DNA of 64,000 nucleotides from Octopus sinensis (GCF_006345805.1 NC_043023.1:5022001-5086000), one strand, 5' to 3'. Shown: positions 12,375 through 27,020, counted from the stretch's first letter. Program-made: numbers and translations. Notes: generated from the sequence alone by a model not told the origin.

Positions 12375-13599
12375 TTAAACTGGCCATAGCCTGCCCAAAT
12401 ATTCTACTTGTTTTATGTTCAAACCAGCCAGATCTGATCTCTCACACCTACCCTACAATGTCATTCTGAAAATAAGCAATCACATCAAAGCTACAAGATA
12501 ATACATAACAATGTGAATAAATAAATGCTACATTTGACAGGGTAATCTGAATGCTAAAAGGTTAAACCTAGTCTGATGTGCAGGGGTGGTAAAATGATCT
12601 TCTTTCTGTCAACCAAATGTTCTGCAATTACATTCTTTTCTCCAATGACCTGTCTCTCCTTAGATCTACTTTCCCAGAGACAAATAAAACGGATATTTTA
12701 TGTATCCACTCTACTGATCTAGAAGAAAATTCACCATCTTAACCTTCAGTACACTGTAGGTGCATTATATTATTGCATGAGTTTTCTCCCCTGTGGTAAT
12801 AGGGCAGTGGCAGGGGAAACACTTCCAGAGAAAATGCTGTGTGCTAAAAGTTAAGATACAAACAGGTTAGCCATTGTTGTGGAAAGAACAGAAAAGATAA
12901 GGCTCTTAGCCCTTTAAGGTATGTGATCTTGAAAATAACATTTTTATTGATTTTTTTATTGTTTAAATTTCTGTACAGTCATGGCCAAAAAAGTGTGGAA
13001 CATTTAAAAAAAAATTTAAATTGTTATGCCCAAGTACAACTTGATTCAAATATACGCAATGTAGAGATATACTTACCTAGTAACTGATTGAAAGGTCAGT
13101 TATATATTAAATATAACTTTGGGCATCTAATTTTCAGATCCATGTTCCAAACTTTTGGCCAGGATTGTATGGATCAAAACTAAGTCAAAATTGGTACCAA
13201 TTTCATTAGACCCGCTTCCATCATGAATGACTGGAATTTCAACTCTGAGGCACAAGTCCAGACAAGGTTGTTTATGGAAGACCAGCACTCTACTCTCCAC
13301 ACCACCAGTGTTATCCAAGGGAAATGAAAAGATCAATACAGCTTGGCACCAGTGACGTCACAACTTGTTTCTACAGTTGAGTGAACTGGAGCAATGTGAA
13401 ATAAAGTGCTTCAGACCAGTAAAGTTTATGTGCAATAAACAAAACATTTTAACAGTTTTTATACAAATCATAATAATATTTAATAATAAAAATACAATAG
13501 GATTTTTTTAAACATCAAATGGCTATGGGTGGTGAGGTCCACAAAAGTAAAATAGAAATCACAGGGGTCCATAGGTGAGAAATGGTTGAGAACCCCTGG

Positions 13600-14030
13600 T
13601 ATAGGGCAACCTCTTGAACTATCAGTTTTTAGTGTACCAACAGCAAAGATCCCTCGATGTCTAAGATGAATCATAATTTCAGGGCTTGCAGATAGATTAT
13701 CAAAGAAAATCTTATGCTTATCCTTTGTAAGGTGTAGCACCAGATTCTCACTCTCTCCAAGCTCATACAGAAGCCAAACATTTACTGGTGGTCCTTTTGC
13801 ATATTTTCCCCCAAGGAATTCAAAATCATAAATGTAGCCCAATGTTCCTGCACAACACCATATCTTTTAAATTTGTTTCGGTTGTGAAAGGAACTGAAAG
13901 CAAACCAACATAACATCTGGTTGGCCTCTGGTGCAGGATCCTCACCATCAAAGTTGGAAATTATCAGGATTCGGTGATTGTCATACCAGCCACAAATTAC
14001 AAGATTATGTCTTTCTTGAAAAACTTGCAA
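13600..14030 (-). pseudogene. piggyBac-like transposase relic
   Basis: GYIYDFEFLGG...LGESENLVLHL...KIFFDN...RGIFAVGTLK...RGCP and WYDNHRILIISNF match PGBD-type DDD transposases. Broken frames. Confidence 0.7.
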
Positions 14031-15221
14031 ATGGATCCCTGTCCCTCCTTTCTCACTGCTTGATTTTGTAGGGATAGGGCAACTGTTTGACTCATGTTGA
14101 TAAAATAGAAGGTAATGGTGATTCAGCTACTCTTAAAGAGGTTGCCATTTTAAAAGGATTAGCATTTGATTTCTTTGTGTGTAGCAGAGGAAGAAGGCTG
14201 TAGAACCACCGGGTCAAACTCTGAAGAAAGGAATATCACAGACAGGAAGATGAGGGCTGAGTTTGATAGCAAATGATGGACAATGGAGTACTTCTGGGAG
14301 GAAGTCCCTGATGTTGAGAAACAAGGTGACTTGCTATAAGCACACTGTGAAAGGAGAGGCTAAGAATGATTTCAAGAGGGAGGTAGACCACTAATCTGAG
14401 GAGGGTATTTTAATGCCATAGAAAGAGGAGGCCATGGTCTAGCCTGGTCAGTGCTAGATTTTCGAGAGTTGAATGAGCACATCTCAAGTCAAATGGGCAG
14501 TGAAGCAGCAGATATATACATGAGGAAATATGTGGGATGACAATGACCATTGGTCTCAAGTTGTCATATCTGCAACTCCACATGGATGAGAAATTGTGGA
14601 GGTTGTACAGGCTGGTGAGGTACAAAAGCAGGACATACTGACTTAGTTGGGGTTTGGTTTGAACTCAGTACCCAGAATCCCAATAAAGGTTTTTCAAGGT
14701 GATCTTCAGGAAGGTTACTAAAGCGAAGCAGGTTACAAATTCATACATTCTGGCAGATGAGACTACCAGGGGAATTTGTGGATCATCAGAGGAAATAATA
14801 GGAGGCACTGTGCTGGGACTCGAGAGAGACAAGGTAGGTAGACTTTTGTTTCAGAGAGGAAACAAAAAATTCCAGACCTGCATGAGGACATGAAGGTGAG
14901 AAACTGGTAGGCCATTATCCTGTTGCAGGATGGCTCTGAACAGCAAAGGTAAGTTGAAGGAGTGAGGTGGGGTGCAAAAGTAGGAGAGAAGGTAGTTGCC
15001 ATGAGGCAAGGCATTCTGGAGAGAGTGGGAATAGAGCGGAGTTAGTATATGCATGAAAAAAAAAAAACAGGAATTGTATGGTGTGAAGTGATACATTAAC
15101 CCCAGTGATTTTGTCCATTTCTGTTTTCTTCACTACCTCTTTTTGTTTACCTGGCTATTTCTCCAGTCCAATTATTATGTGAGTGATTTGAAAAAATTCA
15201 TTCATTTTTATCTACCATTTG

Positions 15222-15778
15222 TTGGGTTGTCCGGAAAGTTCATGCCGATTTATAGTAGCTTACCTTTCGACTTATTTTAGAACATGACTGAGTCCATAAA
15301 ATAGGATTTGACTACACCTCCATTTAGAGCACAGTTTAAGCTATCTTTTCGTGAAAGAAGGTTTATGTTCCTATAACCTGTGTTAAATTTGTAACCCTTT
15401 AAAATGGAAGATAAGAAAGTTCATTTTTGGCACTTGATGCTTTGGGAACCAGACAAGAATTGCTGCAGCTTGGCTGGGATGTGTTACTCCATCCCTCCAT
15501 ATTCACCAGATAGTGCTCCTTTGGATTTCCACTTATTCAGGTCTCTGCAGAATAGTCTTAATGGTAAAAATTTCAATTCCTTGGAAGATACCTTGATGAA
15601 TTCTTTGCCATGAAACCACCTCACTTCTAGGAAGAGGGTATTTTCAAGTTAAAGGAAAGATGGAGATGCATTGTGCAACAAAATGGTTCATATTTGGTTG
15701 ATTAAAAATGTAATGGCAAATATTTATGGACCTTTTCCTTTCCTTTAAAAATCGGCACAAACTTTCCGGACAACCTAA
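15222..15778 (+). mobile_element. mariner deletion derivative
   Basis: Terminal inverted repeats TTGGGTTGTCCGGAAAGTT / AACTTTCCGGACAACCTAA followed by TA. Internal PPYSPDSAPLDFHLF matches the mariner HPPYSPDLAPSDYHLF motif. Confidence 0.85.
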
Positions 15779-16129
15779 TATTTCAAATGCAAAAATATTA
15801 ATGTATTTATATTGCTTAAAATAAAATTAGTGCAACATTTAATATTTGCATTGCTTTTTAACCAACATTAAATCAAATCAAATCAAAGGCCTGCTATATA
15901 AAATGAAATAATTTGTGAAATTAAATATTGCTTAATTAATACAAAATACATGCCTCAACATAAAATTTATAATAAACATAAATTACGAAGTGTAATTCTG
16001 ATGCTTTTGATAATTAGGGGAGTTGAAATTAAATCTGGGCCAAAGAATGAGCAAAATGGAATGGGTCAATAATAATGAAGGAAATGATAAAAGAACTTTT
16101 TCATGCTTTGTTTCATAGCTGGTAATGTA

Positions 16130-16470
16130 ATGGTTCAAAACCATTGAGCTATCTGTATGAACAGCCATGCTACAAGGCAGTGAAACATTGGCTGTGACTG
16201 CGGAGGACATGCGTAAGCTCACAAGGAATAAAGCCAGTATGCTCTGATGGATGTGTAATGTCAGTGTGTATACTCGACAGATTGTAAGTACCTTGAGAGA
16301 AAAGTTGGACCTAAGAAGCATCAGATGTAGTGTGCAAGAGAGACGACCATGCTGGTATGGCCATGTGGCAAGAATGGATGTGGATAGCTGTGTGAAAAAG
16401 TGCCACACCCTAGTGGTTGAGGGAACCTGTGGAAGAGGTAGACACAGGAAGACCTGGGATGAGGTGGTGA
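16130..16470 (+). mobile_element. RTE-clade LINE ORF2 C-terminal fragment
   Basis: Translation ...RRPCWYGHVARMD...GRGRHRKTWDEVV is the typical RTE W.GHV.RM...GRP.KTW terminus. Confidence 0.8.
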
Positions 16471-17802
16471 AGTCTCAAATCTTTACTCTTTTACTTGTTT
16501 CAGTCCTTTGACTGTGGCTATGCTGGAGCACCGTCTTTAGTCAAGAAAATCAACCCCAGGACTTATTGGTTTATTTTGTCGAACCGCTAAGTTACGGGGA
16601 CGTGAACACACTACCATTGGTTGTCAAGCAATGTGGGGTGGGGGACAAACACAGACACACAAATATATACACACATACATATGTATATACATATAAATGA
16701 AGTAAACGATGATTGTCTACTTATTGGTGATTCTGGACTATTTTTTTGCTAAATTATGCTATCTGCTGATCTGCAAGTATTTCATTAGGGTTCACAACAA
16801 AACAAGGAGCAGCGAGGCATCCACAAGACATGTTGAGGGAAAAGGAAATTGAAACAAATTTGATTTTATGAAACAGGCATTGGAGTGGCTGTGTAGTAAG
16901 TAGCTTACTTATGAACCGCATGGTTCCGGGTTCAGTCCCACTACTAGAGCCTCAGGCCGGCCAAATCCTTATGTGTGGATTTGGTAGACGGAAACTGAAA
17001 GAAACCTGTCGCATATATGCTGGTGTGTTTACGACCCCGTAACTTAGCAGTTCAGCAAAAGAGACCGATAGAATAAGTACTAGGCTTACAAAGAATAAGT
17101 CCTGGGGTTGATTTACTCGACTAAAGGCTCAGTGGGACTGAACTCCAGCATGGCCACAGTCAAATGACTGAAACAAGTAAAAGAGTAAATTACCAAAATG
17201 TAATTTTAGGGAGACAAAAATTCATAAAACAAGTAGCAAAAGTGTGGGGGTAAAAAAAAAAGAAAAAATGGTTTTGATGGTGGGGAAGGAAAAATATTAA
17301 AAATGGCAATTGAGGATTTTTTTTTTTTTTTCAAAAATGAAATAATATTTTCAGTGGCATACCCACATAAGTGTGCCCCCACCCTGGTCTTTGTTGTCTC
17401 ATAACAGAAAAATGGATTCTTTTTAATGACATTTTCTACAAATATGTTTCAGAGGGTGTAGGTACTGATTATATTGGAACTTGTGAACATTTTTTCCATG
17501 TGTGAGAAAAGTTTCAAGAAATTCACATGAGTTGGTTTTCAGAAAAATTGTTCAGCAAATGGCATTGAAAAGTCACAACAATGATGAGACGCTGATGTCT
17601 GTCACTCTGCAAGGGACCTGGTGTGAGTTGTCTTGCTTTCCTATGACATACTTTCAGGTGTATTCAATTCCAGGTGCATTGAGAAGATATTCTATTATAT
17701 TTAAATGAACTAACAACACACACCTTGAGTATGTGTGTTCAATTTTGTTTTTATATATAGGTGTAAGAGTGGCTGTGTGGTAAGTAGCTTGCTTACGAAC
17801 TA

Positions 17803-19745
17803 CATGGCCACACGTTTAAGTTTAACAATAAAATATATGCCCAGGACGAGGGGGCAGCCATCGGTGTTAGTATCGCTGGTGATGTAGCTAACCTTTTCAT
17901 GGTATGGTGGGACAGAAGGCTTAAAGAACGCCTAACACAGAACTCCATACTCGTGAACATGTACTCTCGCTATGTTGATGATATCAACATAGTGGTAAAG
18001 GCACCCCCACAAGAGAGTATCATTGATATAGTATTAGAAACTAATACTATGGAGAGCATCCAGAAAATAGCTAACTACATCCACCAGAGTATTAAGGTCA
18101 CAATAGACTACCCCACTAAACACCCCAACCATAGACTACCAGTACTAGACACTGAACTCTGGCTAGAAATTGTGAAAAATAAAACCCAAATCCTTCATTC
18201 ATACTATGCAAAACCTATGGCCTCAAAATACCTGATCCACCGGAACTCAGCCATTGCGGGCAATGCCAAATTCAATATTTTGATGGCAGACCTCGTCAGA
18301 ATAATGAGAAATGTGTCACGCACGTGCGAGCCTACAGAATTAAAGAGACACATACAGTATTTCATTCACCGCATGCAGTTCTCAGGTTACAGCCATAAAG
18401 AAAGGATCAGAGTATACAAAGAAGCCATGAAGAAATTTGATAATATATTATGTAATGATAGGAATGGGATTTGCCCACTCTATAGGAACAAGTCATGGAA
18501 CACTATAGAAAGGACAAAAAAGAAAATAGGAAAGGCCAACTCTTGGTATGATAGCCATAAATACCAGAGTGTCATGTTCGTTGACACCACCCCTGGAGGT
18601 GAACTGGTGTATCGCTTTAGAAGGACCCTAGACAAACTAAAGCTAAGAATTAAGGTTGTTGAAAAGCCAGGCAACCCTATCAAATCTATAATTGGTAGAA
18701 CCTATCCTTTTAGTTGAACCCCCTGTACGGATAAGTACTGTACTGTATGTAGATTTAGCCCACAAACAAACTGTAAAGCCAGAAATGTAGTCTATAGTAT
18801 AAGATGTATAGAGGGACGATGCAGTATCAAGACAACGATATACGAGGGGAAATGGCAAGAAGCATAGGAGAGCGGGTAAATGTACATTGGAGACAACTCA
18901 AGGAAGGTAAAAGCTCATCGATTCTGTACCAACACGCCGAACAGGAACACGGGGGAATCAATCAACAACATAGAAATTAAAATATTGTCCACACATAGAA
19001 CAGATGCAACAATTTGACAAATTACAGAAGCTACACATATAATAGAAAATAAACCTAGACTGAATAGAAAACTAGAATGGAGCAATAGCACACACCACAA
19101 CATATGGTGGTAGAGGATCCTGAAAACATAATAAATACACAAATAAATAAACAAATAGAAATAAATAACTATATTATTTTTTTTTTTGATTTATTATTAT
19201 TATTACTAGTATTCTTGTTATACATACATACATACAAGCATATGTAATGATAATAATAATAAGTGGATGTAAACACATGAACAAAATAAGAATAAACAAA
19301 AACAACAAAAACAAATTACATGAACGTATATAAACAGAAGATACAAATATTACAGGCATCCCCCACATACACACACTAAATAAACATAGACGCACATAGA
19401 GATATAAGCATGCGCAAATGAAGACATACAATAGAAATACAAAATGGCTGACGGTTAGTAAGGAGAGACACAAATAAGAAAGAAGAAAACAAAGGACCAC
19501 TGATGAGGTCACAGGAGTGTGACGAAAGAACTCTGGCCGAAATAAGATTAAGATTAATGTAAAAAATAAATAACACTGAAGCAAAGTAACACCAAATATA
19601 TAGTGCGTGTGTTTTTATTGGCTAAACTGGCAAAATGACCATTCCGAAATATAACAATATCTGTTTCAACACTCGACTTCACATAAAAAATCTTGCACAA
19701 CAAATATATAAACGTATATATATAAATGCGTATATAAACGTATAT
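17803..19745 (+). mobile_element. 5'-truncated Penelope-like element 1 (RT + GIY-YIG endonuclease + 3' tail)
   Basis: YAQDEGAAIG...YSRYVDDINIV RT motifs and thumb (ORF 17899-18717). Frameshifted CKARNVVYSIRC...RSIGER...HWRQL...LYQHAEQEH...ENKPRLN endonuclease at about 18770-19085. Ends at (TA)n. Confidence 0.9.
19494..19538 (+). ncRNA. Degenerate minimal hammerhead in the PLE1 tail
   Basis: GGACCA-CTGATGA-G-GTCAC AGGAGT GTGAC-GAAA-GAAC-TC-TGGCC. Perfect 5-bp helix II, weak helices I and III. Confidence 0.45.
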
Positions 19746-20190
19746 ATATATAGGCACAGGAGTGGCTGTGTTTTAAGTAGCTTGTTTACCAACCACATGG
19801 TTTCCAGGTTCAGTCCCACTGCATGGCACCTTGGGTAAGTATCTTCTACTATAGCCTCGGGCTGACCAAAACCTTGTGAGTGGATTTGGTAGACGGAAAC
19901 TGAAAGAAGCCAGTCGTATATATGTATATATATATATATATGCCTGTGTGTGTTTGTGTGTCTGTGTTTGTCCCCCTAGCATTGCTTGACAACTGATGCT
20001 GGTGTGTATACGTCCCCGTTACTTAGCGGTTCGGCAAAAGAGACCGATAGAATAAGTCCTGGGCTTACAAAAAGAATAAGTCCCGGGGTCGAGTTGCTTG
20101 ATTAAAGGCGGTGCTCCAGCATGGCCGCAGTTAAATGACTGAAACAAGTAAAAGAATAAAAGAATATATATATATGTATATATATATATA

Positions 20191-20670
20191 TGGAAATCGA
20201 TCAATGGAAATTGCAGATGTGTTACCAGTGCCGGTGGCATGTCGAAACTCTACTTGTGAAGACCCATTGAGGCAAGTGAGGATCAGAATGGAAATCGATC
20301 AATGGAAATTGCAGATGTGTTACCAGTGCCGGTGGCATGTAGGAGAACCTTCCGTTTCGCGACCGTTGCCAGCACCGCCCCGTTTCGTGTCCGTTGCCAG
20401 CCTCGCCTGGCCCTTGTGCCGGTGGCACATAAAAAGCACCATCCGTTCGTGGCCGTTTGCCAGCTCTGTCTGGCACCTGTGCGGGTGGCACGTAAAAAGC
20501 ACCCACTACACTCACGGAGTGGTTGGCGTTAGGAAGGGCATCAAGCCGTAGAAACACTGCCAGATTTGACTGGGCCTGATGAAGCCTTCTGGCTTCACAG
20601 ACCCCAGTAGAACCGTCCAACCCATGCTAGCATGGAAAACGGACGCTAAACGATGATGATGATGATGATG
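20191..20670 (+). mobile_element. RTE-type 3'-end repeat with internal tandem subrepeats and a (GAT)n tail (also 27985-28327, 10555-10695)
   Basis: Shared GGCACGTAAAAAGCACC subrepeats, GTTAGGAAGGGCATC...CCCATGCTAGCATGGA, ending in (GAT)n. Confidence 0.7.
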
Positions 20671-21034
20671 ATATAATTATTATTTGAGGGAATAAGATCC
20701 AAACTTACAAGCAAAAAGAATTCAATTTACAAATACTAAATCAAATTCTACACAATATAATATATATAAGATATTATAAAAAAAAACCTTTTATCAATTC
20801 AAAATGAATAATTAAATTACACCATCAAGAAAATTACATATAATATAATGTATATAGGTGCAGGAGTGGCTGTGTGGTAAGTAGCTTGCTTACTAACCAC
20901 ATGGTTCCGGGTTCAGTCCCACTGCGTGGTACCTTGGGCAAGTGTCTTCTACTATAGCCTCGGGCCGAACAAAGCCTTGTGAGTGGATTTGGTAGACAGA
21001 AACTGAAAGAAGCCCATCGTATATATGTTTATAA

Positions 21035-21066
<32 letters not shown>

Positions 21067-21441
21067 CGTATGTATGTTTGTCCCCCCAACATCGCTTGAC
21101 AACTGATGCTGGTGTGTTTACGTCCCCGTAACTTAGAGGTTCGGCAAAAGAGACAGATAGAATAATTACTAGGCTTACAAAGAATAAGTCCCAGGGTTGA
21201 TTTGCTTGACCAAAGGCAGTGCTCTAGCATGGCCACAGTCACATGACTGAAACAAATAAAAGAGTAAAGAGTATATAATAGGTAGAAAAACCTATTATAT
21301 ACATTATATTATTTTTGTAATTTACTTAATCTTTACGTTTTAATTGTTATTTTAATTTTAACTTTTCTATTATATGTAATTTTCTAGATGGTGTAATTTA
21401 ATTATTCATTTTGAATTGATAAAAGGTTTTTTTTTAATAAT

Positions 21442-21480
<39 letters not shown>

Positions 21481-21485
<5 letters not shown>

Positions 21486-21813
21486 TAAAGACCCCCTTCG
21501 GTCATGAATAACCATGGGATTGCACCTAGAAAGTTACCCTCCTAGACACAAGTCCGGGTATGGTTGTTTATGGAAGACCAGCAGTCGCCCATGCATACCA
21601 GCCTCCCCTCTCCACGCCACCAGTGTTATCCAAGGGAAAGACAAAGGTCGATACAGCTTGGCACCAGTGACGTCGCAACTCATTTCTACAGCTGAGTGAA
21701 CTGGAGCAACGTGAAATAAAGTGCCTTGCTCAAGAACACAACACGCAGCCCGGTCCGAGATTCGAGCTCACAACCTCACGATCGTAAGCTCGACGCTCTA
21801 ACCACTGAGCCAT
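21481..21813 (-). mobile_element. tRNA-derived SINE family D (fragments at 13200-13410 and 23558-23690)
   Basis: Minus strand begins ATGGCTCAGTGGTTAGAGCG...TCGAATCTCGG (box A/B) followed by TGTGTTCTTGAGCAAGGCACTTTA. Confidence 0.75.
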
Positions 21814-24206
21814 ATATATATGTATAGGATTAAGCCAATAGGTTTGGGGATCTCATGACATGCCATAAAGCCATAAAGCTAAGGCCTTTATGGATGTAAG
21901 ACCTAATAAACCAATCTTATCTAATTTTAATATATACTGCTCTATAACTTTTCTTTTTGAGGTACTTTTCTTTTTGAGGTCTATGTTTTTATAGACGATA
22001 TGTGTGTGTAATACATATATATATATGTATATAAGTACACACACCCACATATGCACACACGTTATGCAGTATACATATATGTGCATACACACAGACACAC
22101 ATACATCCGCTTCTCTCTCAAATTTTTTGTGACTTTTTATATATCTTATAATGTAAATAACAAGTAAGAAAGTGGCAGTCAAACAGTATTAGTTGAGGTC
22201 ATGACATATTGAGCACACCCTGAGAAGTAAATACCATGAAAAAATGCGTGTAACAGGAGCTGAAAAAAAGTCACCAGGTAGGTGTCACAGATCATATTAG
22301 TTACAATGTAAACAGGTAGATAAGAAACATTGGGCATTATAGAATGTTGATAGTATTGACAAAACATATTTGGTTATTAGATGAAAGGTGTCACAGAAAA
22401 AAACCCTGGAAATAATATATATGTATATATGAATGTTGAAAGTTTTCTTTTTGATACCTGAAGGCTGACATGAAACGGTGATGATGATGGTCTACTATTT
22501 TAAGGTATTTGAGGAATTGTAGTAATTTTCTGTGTCTTTACCTTTCCATGTCAGTGATTGGATCAATACCCTGGTGTGTCCCACATATTAAACAACAATA
22601 AAAACGTTCTGGTGAGTAAAACAGTAATTTATTTTGTTCTGTTTTTATTAATGTTGTTTTCTTTTCACTCCCAAACCTTTGTCCGGTGGGGGGATCATTT
22701 AGACAGTGGGTGTCCTGATGAGTAGAACAAAGCATTTCATTGTTATTTGTTTAACCCCAGGTTGTCCCAGACCCAGCATCTTTATGTTCAGAGGCATTCT
22801 AACTGTGACCATCTGATCTTATTTGCAGAAATCCCAGGACCGCACTTTGTCTCACATTTTTTAAAAGAAAATAGGGGGTCACTTGAGGGAGATTTGTTGT
22901 GTCTGCTAATCCCAGGTTTCATATAGAGACCTGGGTTTAGTAGACACATATATACATATATACACACGCATACATATATACACATATATGTGTAATCTTT
23001 CTTTGTTTTATTACTGTTTTCTGCCTAGTATGTGTGTGTGCATTATGTACATGTATGTATGTATGTATGTATGTATGTATATGTGTGTGTATGTGTATAT
23101 ATATATTACTCTTTACTCTTTACTCTTTTACTTGTTTCAGTCCTTTGACTGCGGCCATGCTGGAGCACCGCCTTTAGTCGAGCAAATCAACCCTGGGACT
23201 TATTCTTTGTAAGCCCAGTACTTATTCTATCGGTCTCTTTTGCCGAACTGCTAACTGACAGGGACGTAAACACACCAGCATCGGTTGTCAAGCAATGCTA
23301 GGGGGACAAACACAGACACACAAACATATACACACACATACATATATATACATATATACGACAGGCTTCTTTCAGTTTCTGTCTACCAAATCTACTCACA
23401 AGGCTTTGGTCGGCCCGGGGCTATAACAGAAGACACTTGCCCAAGATGCCACGCAGTGGGACTGAACCCGGAACCATGTGGTCGGTTAGCAAGCTACTTA
23501 CCACACAGCCACTATATATAATACATGTTCATGTGTGTGTGTGTGTGCATGTGTGTGAAGGCGCATGGCTCAGTGGTTAGAGTATCAGCCTCACAATCAT
23601 AAGATAGTGAGTTTGAATCTCAGACCAGGCTGTGTGATGTGTTCTTGAGCAAGACACTTTGCTCCAGTCCAGTCAGCTGCAGAGGTCTTCAACTTTAATG
23701 GTGGAAATTAAGTTTGGTGTCGTATCTGTTATAAACTTACCCTCTAGTATTATATATAATAAAATCATGGGATATTGAGTTATATGGTGAATTAAATTGC
23801 ATGTTGATGGGACACAACATATTTTGTTTCTATTTCTTGTCTGTTTTGTGGTCTGCAACTCCTAACTGCCGTGTCCGGGGCTCATTTTGCCAGCTGTCTG
23901 GTCACTGCTGGCTGACTGGCATTTGTCTACGGAACCCATATTTATAATGGTCATTCTAGCTAAAAGGATGGATATACCATCATAAGAGTAGCTTGTACCT
24001 ATTTACACTTTTACTCTTTTACTTGTTTCAGTCATTTGACTGTGGCCATGCTGGAGCACTGCCTTTAGTCGAGCAAATCGATACCAGGACTTATTCTTTG
24101 TAAGCCTAGTACTTATTCTATCGGTCTCTTTTGCCAAACCACTAAGTTACAGGGATCTAAACACACCGCCATCGGTTGTCAAGTGATGTTGGGGGGACAA
24201 ACACAG

Positions 24207-24242
<36 letters not shown>

Positions 24243-26179
24243 CTTTATATATATAAAACTGAGAATGTGTGTCTGGCTGTCTGTCTGTCTGTATGTTTCC
24301 CTAAAACTTGAGAACTACACAACCAATTTCATTCAAATTTTACACATGCGTTACTTAGAGTCCATGTAGTTTCATGGGCAAAAAAAATGTTCAACTTCTT
24401 GCCTAGAGCGAGCCCATAGCAATATCATATCTTCTCCACTATTTCAGTATTACGTGTTAAAAGTGAAACAAAAACGTTTCTCTATTTTATGTCAGATACA
24501 TTCACTTTAACAATAAAAATAATAATAACAATTGAATTATATGTAGTAAGAATTAAAATCAAACTAAAGTAACATAACAAAAGTAAAAATAGCAATTAGT
24601 ATAAAATGATTTGAACTTGAATAAGTAGTTTCACATGAATGGGAATAAATTAAAAATAAAATTGGCCTGCAGAAATGGAATAGTCCAGATGGATAATAAA
24701 AAATTAAATTAAAGAAAAGACTATTGTCTATAAAGTATACAATGTAGAGAAAAAAGAAGATTTGAACACCTGGAGGAAAGCACCTTCAAAAAGTGTCTTG
24801 GTGCCACTATGAAAGATATCTAATCAGAGGCGGTAAATTCGCCACAATAGAAGCATGGTTCGAGTCAACGGAGCGTGCAAGGGAGTACTCGACTCGAACT
24901 TGCAAAGTGGAAATATTTTATTTTTACCTTTATATCTGGGACGTAGGACGTCCTGGAAAAAAATTTTAAATGCCCCCCCCCCTCCCGAAGTAGAGGTAGG
25001 CTTGATTGTAGCCACACTTCTATACAAGAGGGATAACAAGATACAATTGATCGAAATTGCAAGAGACAGGCTAACAATTCCAGTCTGTTATATATTTTGA
25101 GTATTGTTATCACTAGCGATATCAAGATATAACTTTGTATTTTGTATTTTATGTGTAGATGTATATATGTAGATGTATATATGTAGATGTACATGTAATA
25201 TGTACACATATATCTCTTTTACTCTTTTACTTGTTTCAGTCATTTGACTGCAGCCATGCTGGAGCACCGCCTTTTTAATCGAGCAACTCGACCCCGGGAC
25301 TTATTCTTTTGTAAGCCCAGTACTTATTCTATCGGTCTCTTTTGCCGAAGTGCCAAACACACTAGCATCGGTTGTCAAGCAATGCTAGGGGGACAAACAC
25401 AGACACACAAACACACACACGCATATATATATATACATATATACGACAGGCTTCTTTCAGTTTCCGTCTACCAAATCCACTCACAAGGATTTGGTCGGCC
25501 CGAGGCTATAGTAGAATCCACTTGCCCATAATCCCATGCAGTGGGAATGAACCCAAAACCATGTGGTTGGTAAGCAAGCTACTTATCACACCATCACTCA
25601 TATGCCTATTTAGGTCACTTGTTGTTCATCTGAACTTTCTGTGATACAGCTGGGGTCAGAAGTTGAGTGGAAACTCATCCATCACTTTTTGACAGGACAA
25701 AGAAATTTTTCCCAAAGGGGTCAAACAATACAAATGTATGTGAAATTGAAAATGCATGATTTGGTATGTGCTTCAAGGAAGATTCAGAAAATGTATATAC
25801 TGTCATTTGCAAACAAATGAATATTTGTCAAAAACAGGTGACAGGGAAAGAAATGGAAAATGTAAAGCAGTGTTTAGAGTTGGTTTGTGCAACCCACTAG
25901 AGGTCTAAGTTGTCTTTCAATGGTGCAACACATGAAAGTATGAGGGGAGCATGTGTGTGTAAGCATGCAGGTGTGATAACATTGAGCAAGACGTTTTTAA
26001 AACAAAGCAAAACATATGTGCATGCAAGAAAATGTAATCTATAATACATTAAAAGTCAGTTGGAATCTTTCTTGCTTGCAATGTTACTCAGCCAAACTGG
26101 TGCATAATGGGAAAATATTATGAATTAAGTTTACCCTGAAATATTAATATGAACGGGATGAAACAAGTTTCTCTTTTAC

Positions 26180-26953
26180 TCTAGCATTCTCTAGGGGGCT
26201 AGTGGAGGGAAAGTGCAATGATGTTTTCAGGGAAACTCTGGGCATTGATGAAGATCAACTAACCGGTCTGTTTTTGAGAACTTTCAGGCTTGGGCCTATG
26301 GATAACTTCCAGAAATCCTTTGCCTGGCAGTGCTACCAAGGAGCACTGCCTGTTTGGGATAAACTTTGCAGGCATGGAAGTGCCATCAGCCGGGCCTGCC
26401 CGAGGTGTACCCAGAACGATGAAACCGTTCTGCACACCCTAGTCCAATGCCCAAGTATTGCTGACCTGTGGGTTTATGTGGGATGGATCTGGCTATCAGC
26501 TGAATCCATTCTAAAGATTTCCCCACCCTCTTTTGGCTGAGAGGGGCAATTTTTATTTGTCAAGTAACGAAAATGGTGGACCCATTTGAAAGGGCTAAAA
26601 ACAGATACTTTCCTCTTTGGCCAACCCCTCATCAACTTTTTCAAGTTTCACTTCAAAAAGGAAGTTGAGAGTGGAGAGGAAAGTGTTGCCTTGTAGCAAG
26701 TCTGTTGAAAGGTGGGTGAATGTAGGAAGAATGGCCAGTGTTAAAGGACTAATTCTGAGCATGCACCTTTTGTGGGTTTTTCCATGAGGTCCTTAAAGCA
26801 CTTCCCCTATTGGGAGTTTTAAATTGTTTATTTTATAATTGTTATTTATATTTACACATTGTAAAACCCATTGAATCGTCCTGTTTTTGTCTTTTATATT
26901 GTTGTATGTCTTTTAATGTAATTTTATGTGAGCCCTTGTGGCCAATAAAATAA
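26180..26953 (+). mobile_element. L1/Tx1-clade LINE 3' end with zf-RVT knuckle
   Basis: AWQCYQGALPV...CPRC...ETVLHTLVQCP (CxxC...H...C). Ends GCCCTTGTGGCCAATAAAATAA followed by (ATT)n. Confidence 0.8.
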
Positions 26954-26966
26954 TTAATTATTATTA

Positions 26967-27020
<54 letters not shown>

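Noticed and set aside
17755-17807. SINE-head fragments on both sides of PLE1 as a target-site duplication
   Set aside because: The two heads differ at many positions, so they are more likely independent copies.
22445-22475. CTGAAGG...GAAAC hammerhead candidate; also lone CTGATGA near 22715, 38663 and 60341
   Set aside because: Core mismatches or no GAAA/helix III/helix I partner.
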